The notes under the pieces: generated by a model
Database searches by the model: none
What the model saw: only the letters and a program-made list of their open reading frames with translations
Told to the model about the DNA's origin: nothing
Source of the DNA: Eledone cirrhosa
Lineage: Eukaryota
Assembly: GCA_964016885.1 (NCBI GenBank)
Contig: OZ024744.1
Coordinates: 95,480,001-95,544,000 of the forward strand
Direction: 5' to 3'
DNA: 64,000 nt
Shown: positions 51,397 through 63,347 of the stretch, piece by piece
How the letters are laid out: each line of letters opens with the position of its first letter
Position numbering within the stretch: the first letter of the stretch is position 1
Program-made: the position numbers and the translations under genes

Positions 51397-52479
51397 TTAA
51401 ACTATGTATGGATGTAGACACAAACAAAAGATAAGTGAAAGAAAATTAAGTATACGCTTCTGTTTTTGTTTTCATCTACTGTCAGACTTAGTTTTTAAAA
51501 GAAAATAAATATATAAATGATGTAAAAGTGGTTGGCATTAGGAAGGGCATCCAGCCATAGAAATATCGCCTGAAACAGTTCTGTATAAGCAAGACATGGT
51601 CACCTGACCAGTCTTGACTCAAATGGGACAACCCAGATATCCATGCTAGCATGGAAAATGGATGTTAAACGATGTTGTATTGTCTATATTGTAATCACTA
51701 ACATAGTTATCCAACCAATGGATGCGACATAGCTAGATGGTTAAGAAGTTTGTTTCACAATTTTTAATTCCTGGGTCCAGAAACTAATCCCACTATGTGG
51801 CATTTTGGGAAAATGTCATTTTCCATAGCTTCAGGTATACACATGCCTTTTCAGTATAATTGTGTAGGCAGAAACTGTTTAGAAGCCTGCCAGATGGGCT
51901 GCACCTGTAATTCAAAGTGCCAGCCATGTCATACACTATGTTCTATAGAATACTCAGCTACATATTTATACGTTAATTGCATGAGCAGACTGTTCTGTTG
52001 ATAAAACGACTGGAACACTCGTCATCGAAACTGACAGCTTCATATCTATCCAATATACAATAAATATGTTGGTTCAAATCCCACCAGTCAGTTTGTTGCT
52101 CCTATCACACTCAAATTTTGAATGCATTATATCCGAATGCAGTCTTTTAACAATCAACACTAAATTTGTTCTTGTTGAATTTAGAGAGCATATTTTATAC
52201 TACTTAGAAAAAGCAGACGTAAAAATGATGAAATATGATATTTAAATGGTCCAAGCACATTGGACTTGTTTGCTCTTAAAGTCAAAGAGTTAATCAAATT
52301 TGATCCTTTTGAAATCAAAATTTCTGAAACTACCCTCTAGTTTTACAATACAAATCTGTAAATTTCAAAATGTTTATATTTATCTGAAAACCTTCCATCC
52401 TAATTTTCTGTAAGAACTTGTATTTAATCCTTTGGCACTTACATAACCCTATATTTACTATTTATTATATTTTCATAGT

Positions 52480-52650
52480 GGTAGATTGGCAGTATCGGTA
52501 GAGGGTCGGATGCCATGCTTTCCAGCATAGTTCCCTTTACGATCTGAGTTCAAATCCCGCCGAGGTTGACTTTCATCCTTACGAGGTCGATAAAATAAAG
52601 TACCAGTAATGCACCGGGTAATTGCTGGCGTTGTGCCTAAAGTAGAAACA
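52480..52650 (+). mobile_element. Complete SINE C with 16-bp TSD, inserted in a TTAA MITE
   Basis: ATTATATTTTCATAGT is duplicated at 52464-52479 and 52651-52666. Confidence 0.92.
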
Positions 52651-53763
52651 ATTATATTTTCATAGTAAAGGCTTTATCTCACATAATATCTAATCTATGA
52701 GATTTTGATATTATTTATTTTGAGAACAATAACATCAATATGAGCGGCTGATTAGTCAGTTCTAACAGAAAGAGGTTAAAGGGTTAAGTTAAGCTCCAAA
52801 CATAAATATTGAAAAATTTTATTACTGATCCTTCCAAGTTCTTGATTATTTTCGGAATTATTTGAAAAGCATAGATTGTATTTCATTAGAAATATGGTAA
52901 CAAAAGAATTAATGGAAATTTTTTGTTTACTATCAAACATCTACAGCTAAGCAGTAATAGAAATAATAGAGTATAGTGTATTAAATGTATGCAACAGTTT
53001 TCTATCTGTTCCATCATTTAACGTCTGCTTTCCTTGCTAGCAAGGGTTGGATGGATCTTCAGTCAGGACTGGAACAGGGCCTTAACCTCCCAGACAGACA
53101 GGGTATCTGCATCTTGCTTACATATGGTACCATATTCCACTGGATATATTTTATGGCACCAGCAGTAGAGAGGTAGTCATGTTTTTGTCACAACTGAAGG
53201 ATCCCTCCAAATCTTTGTTTAGCAAACTTTCTATTGCTGGATGCCCCGCCCCTTCCACTTTACAGAATGTTCTGGATTACCAGCACTTGGGAGGTTGTCA
53301 TATCCTGACACAACTGAAAGCTCCTCCCAACCCTTTGTTTCTAGATATCAGTTTTTATTTCTAAAGACTGAAATCTTAATCCTAAAAGCAGTGGATTAAA
53401 GCATGCTGGCTGGTATTTCTAATGGTGCCGAGAGCATATGGGGTGTCATTGAGTTTCGAGATATTTGCATTTGTGAGCTCTTATGTTACTTGTATTTGTA
53501 TTATTAACATTCGTGTTGGTAGAGTGTCAGACAAAATGCTTTGCAACATTTTGTTACAGCCTATTATCTTCTGAGGTCAACTTTGCCTTTCATCCTTCTT
53601 TGGTTGACAAAATAAAGTACCCATTGAGTACTGAAATCAATTTCATCACCTTCTTCCCCAACAAATTGTTGGCCTTGTGCCTTACATTAGAATTAGAAAC
53701 CATTTATTTATTTACTCAATTATTATTATTATTATTATTTTCTTTTTATCATTTTACTTTCAG

Positions 53764-53820
53764 AGAATAATAACTTCCGATCCCGAATCAGATGGTGAAG
53801 TCAAGAAGAAAGTGCCAGAA
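53764..53820 (+). CDS. UBN1: Ubinuclein coding exon 5 (57 nt, low complexity)
   Basis: tttCAG|RIITSDPESDGEVKKKVPE|GTAAGC. Phase 0/0, purine-rich island in an AT-rich intron. Confidence 0.75.
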
Positions 53821-55356
53821 GTAAGCATTGACTACACTGCTGAAGATAAACTTGTCTATGGCTGACGATTAATTGTTCAGTTAATGAACTGTTGTGCTGA
53901 CTTTTACAAATTTTAATGTATCACCATTATAGTTTTTTTTTTTCCTTCTCCCTTCAATGAACATGGACTATAATCGAGCCAACATTTTTTTTTTAAAATG
54001 CATTTTGCTTTGATGACATTTATTTCAAACAAAGATGACAGAGATTGAACAAAAATATTCTTTTCATATATATTTGTTTCATAAACAAATAAGGTTTCTT
54101 CACATTTTATTGTAAATAAAATTATTATTATTATTATTATTATTATTAGCAATTGATTTTATAATCAATTTTTACAAATTAATCGCTGTCATCTTTTTCC
54201 ACTTTTGGCTCCTAATGGCATTCATTACATTTATTTTTGTGCCTGTTTCTTTCTGTCTTCTTGCTTTCTCTACCTTCTACTTATTATCTATACTAATGCT
54301 GAAAAAAAATGGAAGAAAAAAAAAAATACCCATTAATATTGGCAAGTATCAGTTCCTTGTCACCAACCCATATTTTTTTTTCTGATGCAATTCTTTGTTT
54401 GTAAATTTTTATTTTTTTATTTATCTTGTTATTTCATTTATTTTGTAAAATTTGATCCCTCCAAAATTTTGATAAACTTAAAAGACTGTTTTGGTTATTA
54501 GTGGCGTTAAATTAAAAATCTGTTGTACATTAAAAAAAAAGTACTTCTCTAGTAAAATAACTAGTGGTTGTTTAGTTCCTCCATGTCAACCCTCATTAAG
54601 CAAATTCATGATCAAAGACATTCAGGTTGTGACCACCATCTTTTTTTAATACATACATACAGTAGGATTTGAATATTTGGCTGCTAAATTTTAGCAAGTC
54701 AATGGACTACACAGCTCTGTCCGATAGTTCATCAGACTTTTGTAAACTAAATAGTTCTTCACATTTAATGTCCTTCATCTTCAGTTAGTTTCTTTATATA
54801 ATTTTCAAACAATTGTATATTTGAAGAATTATTCATTTTATACAATACCATTAGTTAAAATCTGATTAATTAATTAATGCTAGTTCATAATTTAAAAACT
54901 GATAGAAATTTACCTAAAACAGTTTCATGAATTGTTTCAGTGTTTTCATTTGTATATATATTTCATTGTCAGATCTTAATTTAAAATGTAGTTTTAAAAA
55001 AAATGTATTTATTTTTTTTTTTTGCTATCCCTTCTCCCCTTCATTTCATTAAACGTCATATAAGGAAATGAAAAACACCCAAAAGATTGAGTTTTTCTGG
55101 CATATTATTTTCCTCTTTTATAGTTTTCTGTGTAATACAGGTTTTATCATTACTCTTTGTATATCATGATAGCATTTATAGTCAGCATCTTCTTTCCCCA
55201 GGAAAGCTGATTTAAAACTAGTACCTCTTGCTGTTTTATTGTTGTTTTCTTTACTACTAGGTATCTTCTATTGAACAAAAATACTCAAATGCTGTTTGTT
55301 CTAGTTTATTTTGGTTTTTATCCAATAAAAATACGTTAAGTTAAAATTTATATTCT

Positions 55357-55791
55357 TGTAATGATTTAGCAGAAAATATCTAAAACAGGTTTGTTAATTC
55401 AAATGTTTATAGTATTTTTACTGATGGACAGATCGTTGTGAAAATTTGCAGTATTATCTCTTAACATCCTGTAATGATTTAGCAGAAAATATCTAAAAAC
55501 TGGTTTGTTAATTCAAATGTTTATAGTATTTTTACTGGTGGGCAGATTGTTGTGAAATTTGTAGTATTATCTCTTAATATCCTGTATTTATTTAGCAGAA
55601 AATATCTAAAAACATATTTGTTAATCCAAATGTTTATAGTATCTTGACTGTGGACAGATTGTTGTGAAAATTTGCAGTATTAGAGTAAATACTTCAATTT
55701 TTAAACGTGATGTAATCATAGTGCTGTTTTGTACTTTTCAAAAATGTTTTGCTAATGCGGTTTCAAGCGGTACAGGACTTTTAAGAATTAA
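55357..55791 (+). repeat. 3 x ~113-bp tandem of the 5' half of MITE family F, followed by its 3' half
   Basis: tgtaatgatttagcagaaaatatctaaaa...gaaaatttgcagtatta occurs three times and ends in tacaggacttttaagaaTTAA. Confidence 0.85.
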
Positions 55792-56392
55792 GTTGAGATC
55801 TTCAAAAATCAAAAATTATCATTCCTGTTATTTTTGTGATATGATACATTGTGGTGCAAGGATTGAAAATATCTGTAATCTTGTGGAAATCTCTGTCATT
55901 AAGTTTTGAATGTATTTAATGAAAATATTTTTACTGAAAATTTTAATCCACAGTCCCATCCACCTTTTTTTTTATTATTATTATACATATTATATATATA
56001 TATAAATATATATAAATATATATGTATGTATATATAAAATACATTTCATTTTAAATATTTTCAACATTTATGGATGTTTACTTTCTTCAAATATTTCTCA
56101 TTGTAAATTCCATTTTAAATTAAGTTCAAACTATATCTTCATTTTAACATATTTTGAAATATATTTTAGTAAAAAAAAAACATTTGTCAACAATTTTCAT
56201 AACTTTTTTTACTGACTTTTTTTTTTTTTTTTAATTTCAATAAACATCCCCATCTTTAAACAAACAAACAAAATTTGTTTTGTTATTTGTTTTTTTTTTT
56301 AAAGTATTTTTTCTTTCTTTTTTTAAAAAATAATTTCTACTTGCCAACATATTTTACGAGAGACATTTTCCTATATTTTGATTGTTTTGCAG

Positions 56393-56496
56393 ATAAATAA
56401 AGTAAAAGAAGGAACTAATAATGAAGTGAAGAAAAAAGTATCTGGGGAAAAAGAATTCAAGAAACCAAGGAAACCAACGAGTAAAGAAATTTTGAG
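56393..56496 (+). CDS. UBN1: Ubinuclein coding exon 6 (Lys-rich)
   Basis: ttgCAG|INKVKEGTNNEVKKKVSGEKEFKKPRKPTSKEIL(R)|GTAATC. Phase 0/2, which is needed to join exon 7 in frame. Confidence 0.8.
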
Positions 56497-56509
56497 GTAA
56501 TCAAAATGC

Positions 56510-56540
<31 letters not shown>

Positions 56541-57667
56541 TTTTTTCAAAAAGATTTCTGTCCTTTTGGGTTATGTATCATCATTATTCTATGTCCGTTT
56601 TGTTTTTCATGCTAGCATGGGTTGGATGGATCTTTTCCATCACAACTTACTTCCATATATTAAAATTCCTTTATCATCATCAAACTAGGGGTGTTTTGCT
56701 ATCTAAAAGGATTGTATTGCTAGTTCATAATGTTGGATAGAATGCTTTGCAGTATTTGTTTCAGTTCTCTGCTGTCTGAGTTTAAATTCCACCAAGGTCA
56801 ACGTTGCCTTTCATCCATTCAAGGTTGATAAAAAATACTAGTCTAGTATTGGGATCGACCCTTCCTCATTTCCTCTCTATTTTTCTCTGGAACAAATCTG
56901 CTGTATTTAGGCTTGGCGAGGAGATGGGCTCTGCCAGGTTTTTGCCTTAGAATGGCCGTACATCAATACACTGCCCTTATGATTCCTTCATGAGTTATGG
57001 GTCCACACATGCATAGTTGTAATGTAGCCTCAGTCATCCTTGATCAATAAAATCTGTGCCAAGTTGTAGGGAGTTCTTATTCCGGAGAGGATGGTAGGGG
57101 TAGAGTCCTCAAACACTCCCTTTAGCGGGTCCTGTCAGAAGTAACTGATCTGGCTGAATCCCCAAGCATCACCAGCCAACCTCATGGATGTTATCTAACC
57201 ATCTTGCTCAGAGTGTAGGTAGTTGAATAGTTAAACTAGGTACAATTTATAGTGTCAGTACTTTGGATATACTATCATCATTGGATTGGGCGAATTGCCT
57301 GGACCAACTCCATTCTCCCTCTCCAGACGTCCCTGTCTTCCATTGCTGTTTTCAGGTCTTCAATTGTCAAACCAACATCTTTAGTCAGTTGGTCGATATA
57401 AGTCATCCAAGGATGCCCCATGCAAGAGTGTACATTACTATATTTGGCTTGAATTATAACCCTTTCATTATTGTATTTCTAATAAAATAGATACATGGCT
57501 AATTTTGAATTATAAAAATAATCTTTTTAAATAACCAAAATTTTTGAAGAATTCAATTAAATAAGCTTTTTATTGGTAAGCTAATATTTAGCTTTTGTTT
57601 TATCATTTTTTTAAAGTATATTTTGATAGGGGCTTTTTCTAATGTATTTTTCGTTTTTAAAATTTAG

Positions 57668-58052
57668 GAAAAAATCTTCTTGTATTGTCAAAGAACTTCT
57701 GAAGAATGCTGTTTCTACCTCATCATCTACCTCAAATAATGGGCACATAGATGAAACAAATGGAAACATTTATTCCCAAGCTACCCCTGAGAAATCTTCA
57801 ACTAATAGTGGAGCTTATATAGCTACACCACCATCTGTAACCATTGCTACAGTTGCAGGTCAAGAAAATAAATCTTATGAGGTTTTGAAGTTAGAACTTG
57901 GAACAACAGAAAACCCAACTGTTAATAATTTCACGGAAGATTCAAACAGCAGAGATAATGAGGATAATAAACCGTTTGATTTAGAAAACATTCCCAAACT
58001 ATCTGCTGGGATTCCAGATCATTTGGAAAAATTAATTTACCAGCTCAAGCAA
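57668..58052 (+). CDS. UBN1: Ubinuclein coding exon 7
   Basis: ttTAG|g KKSSCIVKELLK...IPKLSAGIPDHLEKLIYQLKQ|GTAAGT. 385 nt open frame, phase 2/0. The end resembles the start of the UBN middle domain. Confidence 0.88.
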
Positions 58053-58199
58053 GTAAGTATCTATTTCATCAGAATAATTGTTACTGTGTGATCTTACAAT
58101 CTGATCTTTGCTACAGCCATACAAATAGTCCTTACCTTTTGATGATATCAAACATACATTCTCTTTGAGCAGTTTAAAGAATTGTTTTGTTTTCTATAG

Positions 58200-58267
58200 G
58201 TGGCTGTTGACTGTGTAGAAGGAAAGTGCAAATTTTTCACAAGTGAAGTTAACAAGATGTTATTAGA
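58200..58267 (+). CDS. UBN1: Ubinuclein coding exon 8 (UBN middle domain)
   Basis: ctatAG|VAVDCVEGKCKFFTSEVNKMLL(E)|GTAAGT. EGKxKFF motif, phase 0/2. Confidence 0.92.
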
Positions 58268-59676
58268 GTAAGTGTTATATTTACAGTTAAGTTTGTGATG
58301 ATGTTCGGCCTAATATGGGAATAGAACAAAAATTGTTTTTATATTATTTTATTAACATTTAGGGAAGTGAATTGGCTGTATTGTTAGTGTCGGACAAAAT
58401 GCTTTACAGCATTTAGTTTCGACTTTCTACTTTTTGAGTTCAAATCCTGCCGAGGTCAACTTTGCATTTCATCCTTCCAAGTTCGATGAAATAAATAAAT
58501 AACCAGTTAAGTACTAGGGGTTGATATATTTGGCTTTCCCTTTTCCCCAAATTACTCACTTTGTGCCAATGTTAGAAAGAATTATTGGCACTGTTGATGA
58601 TTGGGTCTTTGGATTGCTCGTAACATATTCTTTGCATAATGTCTGTTAGTTCTCTCACAAGACTTCCATTAACTTCAGTTGGGTAAAACTGGTTTTTATT
58701 TTGTAAAAGGACATGTTATCATGCATGTAAGGATTTGTGTGCATTCATTTGTAACAATAACATTGACAAAAACATTGTATTGTTAGAACAAAAAACCCTT
58801 CATTACATGTATAGAAGATATTTACAAGTGTTATTCTTTGATAATCATTGCTAAACATTTAATACACAACCCACATATTTTGAGAAATAAGTTGCTGGTG
58901 ATTTTATAACACTTGTGACATAAATCAAATTGAATTTGGAAATATTTCTAAAACCACAATACTTCATTTATAATTTTAAGAATGCATTTAAAAAAAGATA
59001 CTGGATATTTCAATGGATATTACTTTTGAAAATACTATAACACTTAAAAAATTTGTAATAAAAAAAAAACTGATAATTTTCAAAAAGATTATTATACAAT
59101 GCAGTAGAAATATATAAAAAGCAAATGATGACAAATAAAACAAAACAAAGTAATGTTTTACCCAGAATATTTCAACATGATATTTCAGGGCTATTACCCT
59201 CTTTTCAAATGTAGAGAAGAAACAGTTTAAAACAAAAGCAATCAATGTGTTCTTTCTTTATTGGCCTATGTGTCTGTAATATGTATGCGTGAAGGCATTA
59301 TAGTAACCACTCTGCCTCGTATATTTCCAATCTATTATTTATCTGTTTTTTTTCTTGTTGGTGATAATGACCTCTTTGATTCTTAACTTGCTCACATTCC
59401 TTTCGGTCTCTTCTATGGTGACCTCAATGTCTTGGCTGTGACATCTGTTAAGATGTTTTTTTAATGGGGGCTCTAATCGTCATGTGCTCCTTGATCTGTA
59501 TATGCAGCATCTGGATGGTAAATGTGTGTGTGTGTGTGTATATTTAAATTGTTTTTTATGTGATTTGATAGGATCTTTTTCAGCACGTATATGCGTATGT
59601 GCATATGCATACATTTACATGTATGAGTATATAAATATAAACGTGCAAACAGACACACTTACAATAATACACATAT

Positions 59677-59724
<48 letters not shown>

Positions 59725-59978
59725 AGCATAACAAATGGAGCACCAGCCGCTACACACATACATTCACACAGGCAGCAGATGTAAAGAGAGAGGAGTAGTA
59801 TGAGGTAGTCAAACTGCTCCGCTCTCTTCACGTGTTGTGACAGAATTGCAGAAATTTATATATAGATGTTAAAATTTAAAAAAAAAAATTCTTTTATCTG
59901 TTTCTTGTAATCTTCTGTTAACAAATCAATCTGTTTGGTATTCTGTGATTTCATTTTTTCCTTTTGTTATTCCTGTAG

Positions 59979-60148
59979 GGTTGAAATGGGATCTCGTTTA
60001 TTGAATGGTTCCCAGAGAACATCAATTTATGCTTATTTAGCAGCGTTTCTGCCGTGCAGTAAAGACACCCTTCTAAAACGTGTCAAAAAGCTATTTATTA
60101 CTCAACAAGATGACAAGCTTAAGAAGCCTGTTCAGAGATTGAAAGAAG
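59979..60148 (+). CDS. UBN1: Ubinuclein coding exon 9 (UBN middle domain)
   Basis: ctgtAG|g VEMGSRLLNGSQRTSIYAYLAAFLPCSKDTLLKRVKKLFITQQDDKLKKPVQRLKE g|GTTAGT. Conserved YAYLAxFLPCSKDTLLKR, phase 2/1. Confidence 0.95.
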
Positions 60149-60346
60149 GTTAGTATTTTTCTGAGTTTGGATCTTTGCAACAAAGGTCTTCCCATGGCTG
60201 TAAAACAGCAAAAGTGTCAGTTTGCCAGGATTTAGCTATTGCATTTACCAATTCACTTAGCAATGATAAGATTGGAGGGGGTGGGTGCATTTTATTTGCT
60301 GGTTGGGTAGTAGATCTGGATTTGAATGATGTCTGAATGCAGCAAA

Positions 60347-60546
60347 TATTGGGTCATCCCATAAATACTGCGACTTTTTCAATTTGCATGCAATAAAGTT
60401 GGGTGTTGAGATAAACACCTACATAAACTTGCTATAAAGGCAGGTATTAAATTCACCTTGTCCTCATTCTTAGTGCAAGCTTTGAAAAGTGAAGTTTATC
60501 TTGATTTAAAAAATAAAAGACATATTATTTATGGGATGTTCTGACA
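60347..60546. mobile_element. Tc1/mariner-type MITE
   Basis: Imperfect TIRs tattgggtcatcccataaata / tatttatgggatgttctgaca. Confidence 0.6.
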
Positions 60547-60689
60547 TGAATAAAATGTGTCAAACAAACATAAGACAAGCATGTAAATTTCTGTTAGCAT
60601 AAACAAGCCATACAATGATAGTGAAGGCAATTGTTTCTAGAAATGATACTGGAATGAAAACCCATCCGTTACTAACTTTCACAGAACCA

Positions 60690-61088
60690 TTCTCATTTCT
60701 GTTCTTTCAAACCTTCTCTGTTACTCTGTGTCACTCCCATAATCAAGGAACTTCTTGCACATGTTACATAAACCAAAATTGTTTTTACTCTTTCCATCTT
60801 CACACCATTTCCAAGGTCTAGTTCTATCTGTAGCTCCTTCCATGCACACTTTATATATAAATGTAGCTGCCACATTATTTAATAACCCTTTCACACCACT
60901 ACATTCTTGATATACCCACCCAGTGTATATAGATTGAATGGGATACACTCCAACACCCTTTCTCTATATTGCACATGGCCACCTTCCTGTTCTTTCCACC
61001 ACACCATCTTTGTCTTTCTAATATTCACCTTCATACCTTTTGGCTCCATACATTCCTTCCATTCATCCATGCTCTCTGCTATTAACAT
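60690..61088 (-). mobile_element. Old RTE RT/zinc-finger fragment
   Basis: YTDDLMLIAES..WKECMEPKGMKVNIRKTK..GRWPC..RKGVG..WVYQECSGVKG, homologous to 38995-39400. Confidence 0.8.
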
Positions 61089-61339
61089 CAAGTCATCTGT
61101 GTACAACTAGTTTAACGCTTGAAATACTAGGAAGTGAGTCTTAACGTTTCGGACACTAGTCCTTCATCAGTAGATAGAAGAAAAAATAAAAGATGAATTA
61201 GAAAGATAAAGAGTGAAAAGAGGAAGGAACTGGGAAAAAAAACAAACTTGTGCATATTCAGTGTTGTTAGTTGTACAAGTATATACGGTATAAATGCTCC
61301 GACAAATATAGAAACTTAATTCCTTGTATATAATTTCAG

Positions 61340-61418
61340 CTATGAATGAAGAAACAGCTGATCAGTTAGAAAAATATAGAAGTGAATGTCAAGCAAGTAT
61401 CATGAAGAATGTTGATTT
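61340..61418 (+). CDS. UBN1: Ubinuclein coding exon 10
   Basis: tttCAG|(A)MNEETADQLEKYRSECQASIMKNVD(F)|GTAAGT. Phase 1/2. Resembles the QxxKYxxECQA motif. Confidence 0.88.
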
Positions 61419-63227
61419 GTAAGTATCAGTTTGAATCATCATCCTCATCACTGTTCAATGTCCATTTTTTTTCCATACTAGCATGGGTTAGACAAGTTGC
61501 CCTGATCAGATGACTGTATCTTGCTTATACAGAACTGTTTCTACAGCTGGATGCCCTTTCTAACGCCAACCACATTTACAATGTGTGCTGGGTGTTTTTT
61601 GTCGTGACACCTACATGATCACATTTACAGTGTGGACTGGGTGCTTTTTTTTATCATGACACCTACATGACCACTTTTACAATGTTGGTGATATCATAAT
61701 GTTGCAGGTTCAATACTTGGACAGGGTGGTGAAAAACATTTCATTTCACATTCAGCTGAAAAGGAGGTTTAATCCTGGGATGGACTGACATCCTGTCCAG
61801 GGAGAAGTCTTGTACTCTGTTGTTAAATGACATGGAAACCTGGGTACGAACTGACCTGATGAGCCTCGAGGCTTGTGACAAACTTTAGACTTTTAGAATT
61901 GACATGTAATCGTACTGCTGTTCCAGTTTGAACATTCGTGTTGTGTATTTGGTACAGAAAGTTACCTGTTGAAAATGTTGTTTCTAAAAAAAGCACAATA
62001 AATGAGTTAAATAATCAGAATATTTCTTTCAATAGTTATTTGATCATCATCGTAGTTTAACGTCTATTTTTATGTTTCATTGGTATGGGTAAGATGGGCT
62101 GTCACGATATGAGGCTAGATAGGTCATACACTCGATTTTATAGTTTAGTTTCCTATGACTGGATGCCCTTCCTAACGCCAACCACATTACAGAGTGAGTT
62201 GGGAGCTTTTTTGTGGCACCGGTATGAGCATCTTACAGAGTGGACTGGGTGCTTATATATATATAAACCCATGCTAGCATGGAAGATAGACGTTAAACGA
62301 TGATGATATATATATATATATATAATAAAATATATTTATATATTTTATTTCTACATTTATTCATGCATTTCTTGAATCAATTATTGTATCTTGAAACAGG
62401 ACAAAATGTCACTGAATTGAACATATAATTTATGAACTAGTATAATAGCTGTGAAGCCACATGGCTTAGTGGTTGGGGTGTTGAACTCACAATCACAATG
62501 TTGTGGGCTCGATTCCTAGTCCAGGCAGTGTGTTGAGCAAGAAAATCATTTCTCATTCCTTACCTAGAAGGTTAGTTAAACCTCCATAGATAGGTTTGAG
62601 CTGTAACAGCAACCTGATATGACTGCGATGCTTGCATTGAATAACACAAGGAGGCCTAGTAAACACACACAGGAGTGAGCTGTAAGCCCATGATAGGACT
62701 GGGACCGTATCACTAAAACATACAAGAAACCTTCTATTTGATGCAGCCTAGTAGCAGGTCAGTTAAACCTACATAGGTGTGAATTTAATTTCATTTTTCA
62801 TGTATTCACTCTCTTCTCCCATTTATTCCTGGGAGGGTCATGGGAGCAGAGTTGTTAAACACGCCTTTCAACAGGTCCTTTCAGAAGTAACTGTCACCAA
62901 TAGATCCAGCTGCATCCCTGAGTGAGACCAGCCGAGTTCATGGGTGTTATCCAACTATCTTGCTCTTCTGGTTGGTTTTGCCTGTAAACAATTCAACAAT
63001 TCTTTCCTGCGATATTCTAACCACATGTTTGTAGTATTGGAGCTGTGATCTCTTAATTTAGAGAAGTAGCAGCTCTACTTGGAGTGACATTATGTTCAAA
63101 GACCCTTTGGAAGAGCCCAATTTTGGCTACCTGTGTTCGCAATTGTATTATTTTGGTCACTACCCAAGATTCATGTTTGCTTGTTAATTAATTTTCCATT
63201 AAATATTTTTCTTCCTATTCATTGTAG

Positions 63228-63347
63228 TAACACTCCTAAAGATGTAGAAATGAAAGAAGATTCTTCAGATTGCGAAGAAGAAAAATCTCCCGGGGAGATT
63301 GGGGCCTCTTCGATAAAACAGGATATGGAATGGAACGAAAAAATGAG
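63228..63347 (+). CDS. UBN1: Ubinuclein coding exon 11 (gene continues beyond window)
   Basis: ttgtAG|t NTPKDVEMKEDSSDCEEEKSPGEIGASSIKQDMEWNEKM(R)|GTAATG. Phase 2/2. Acidic linker followed by a WNxxxR motif. Confidence 0.85.

Noticed and set aside
63280-63315. Alternative frame LPGRLGPLR resembling the vertebrate GPRKKF motif (possible frameshift error in exon 11)
   Set aside because: The annotated frame is open and phase-consistent at both ends, while the alternative frame stops immediately. The resemblance is too weak without transcript data.
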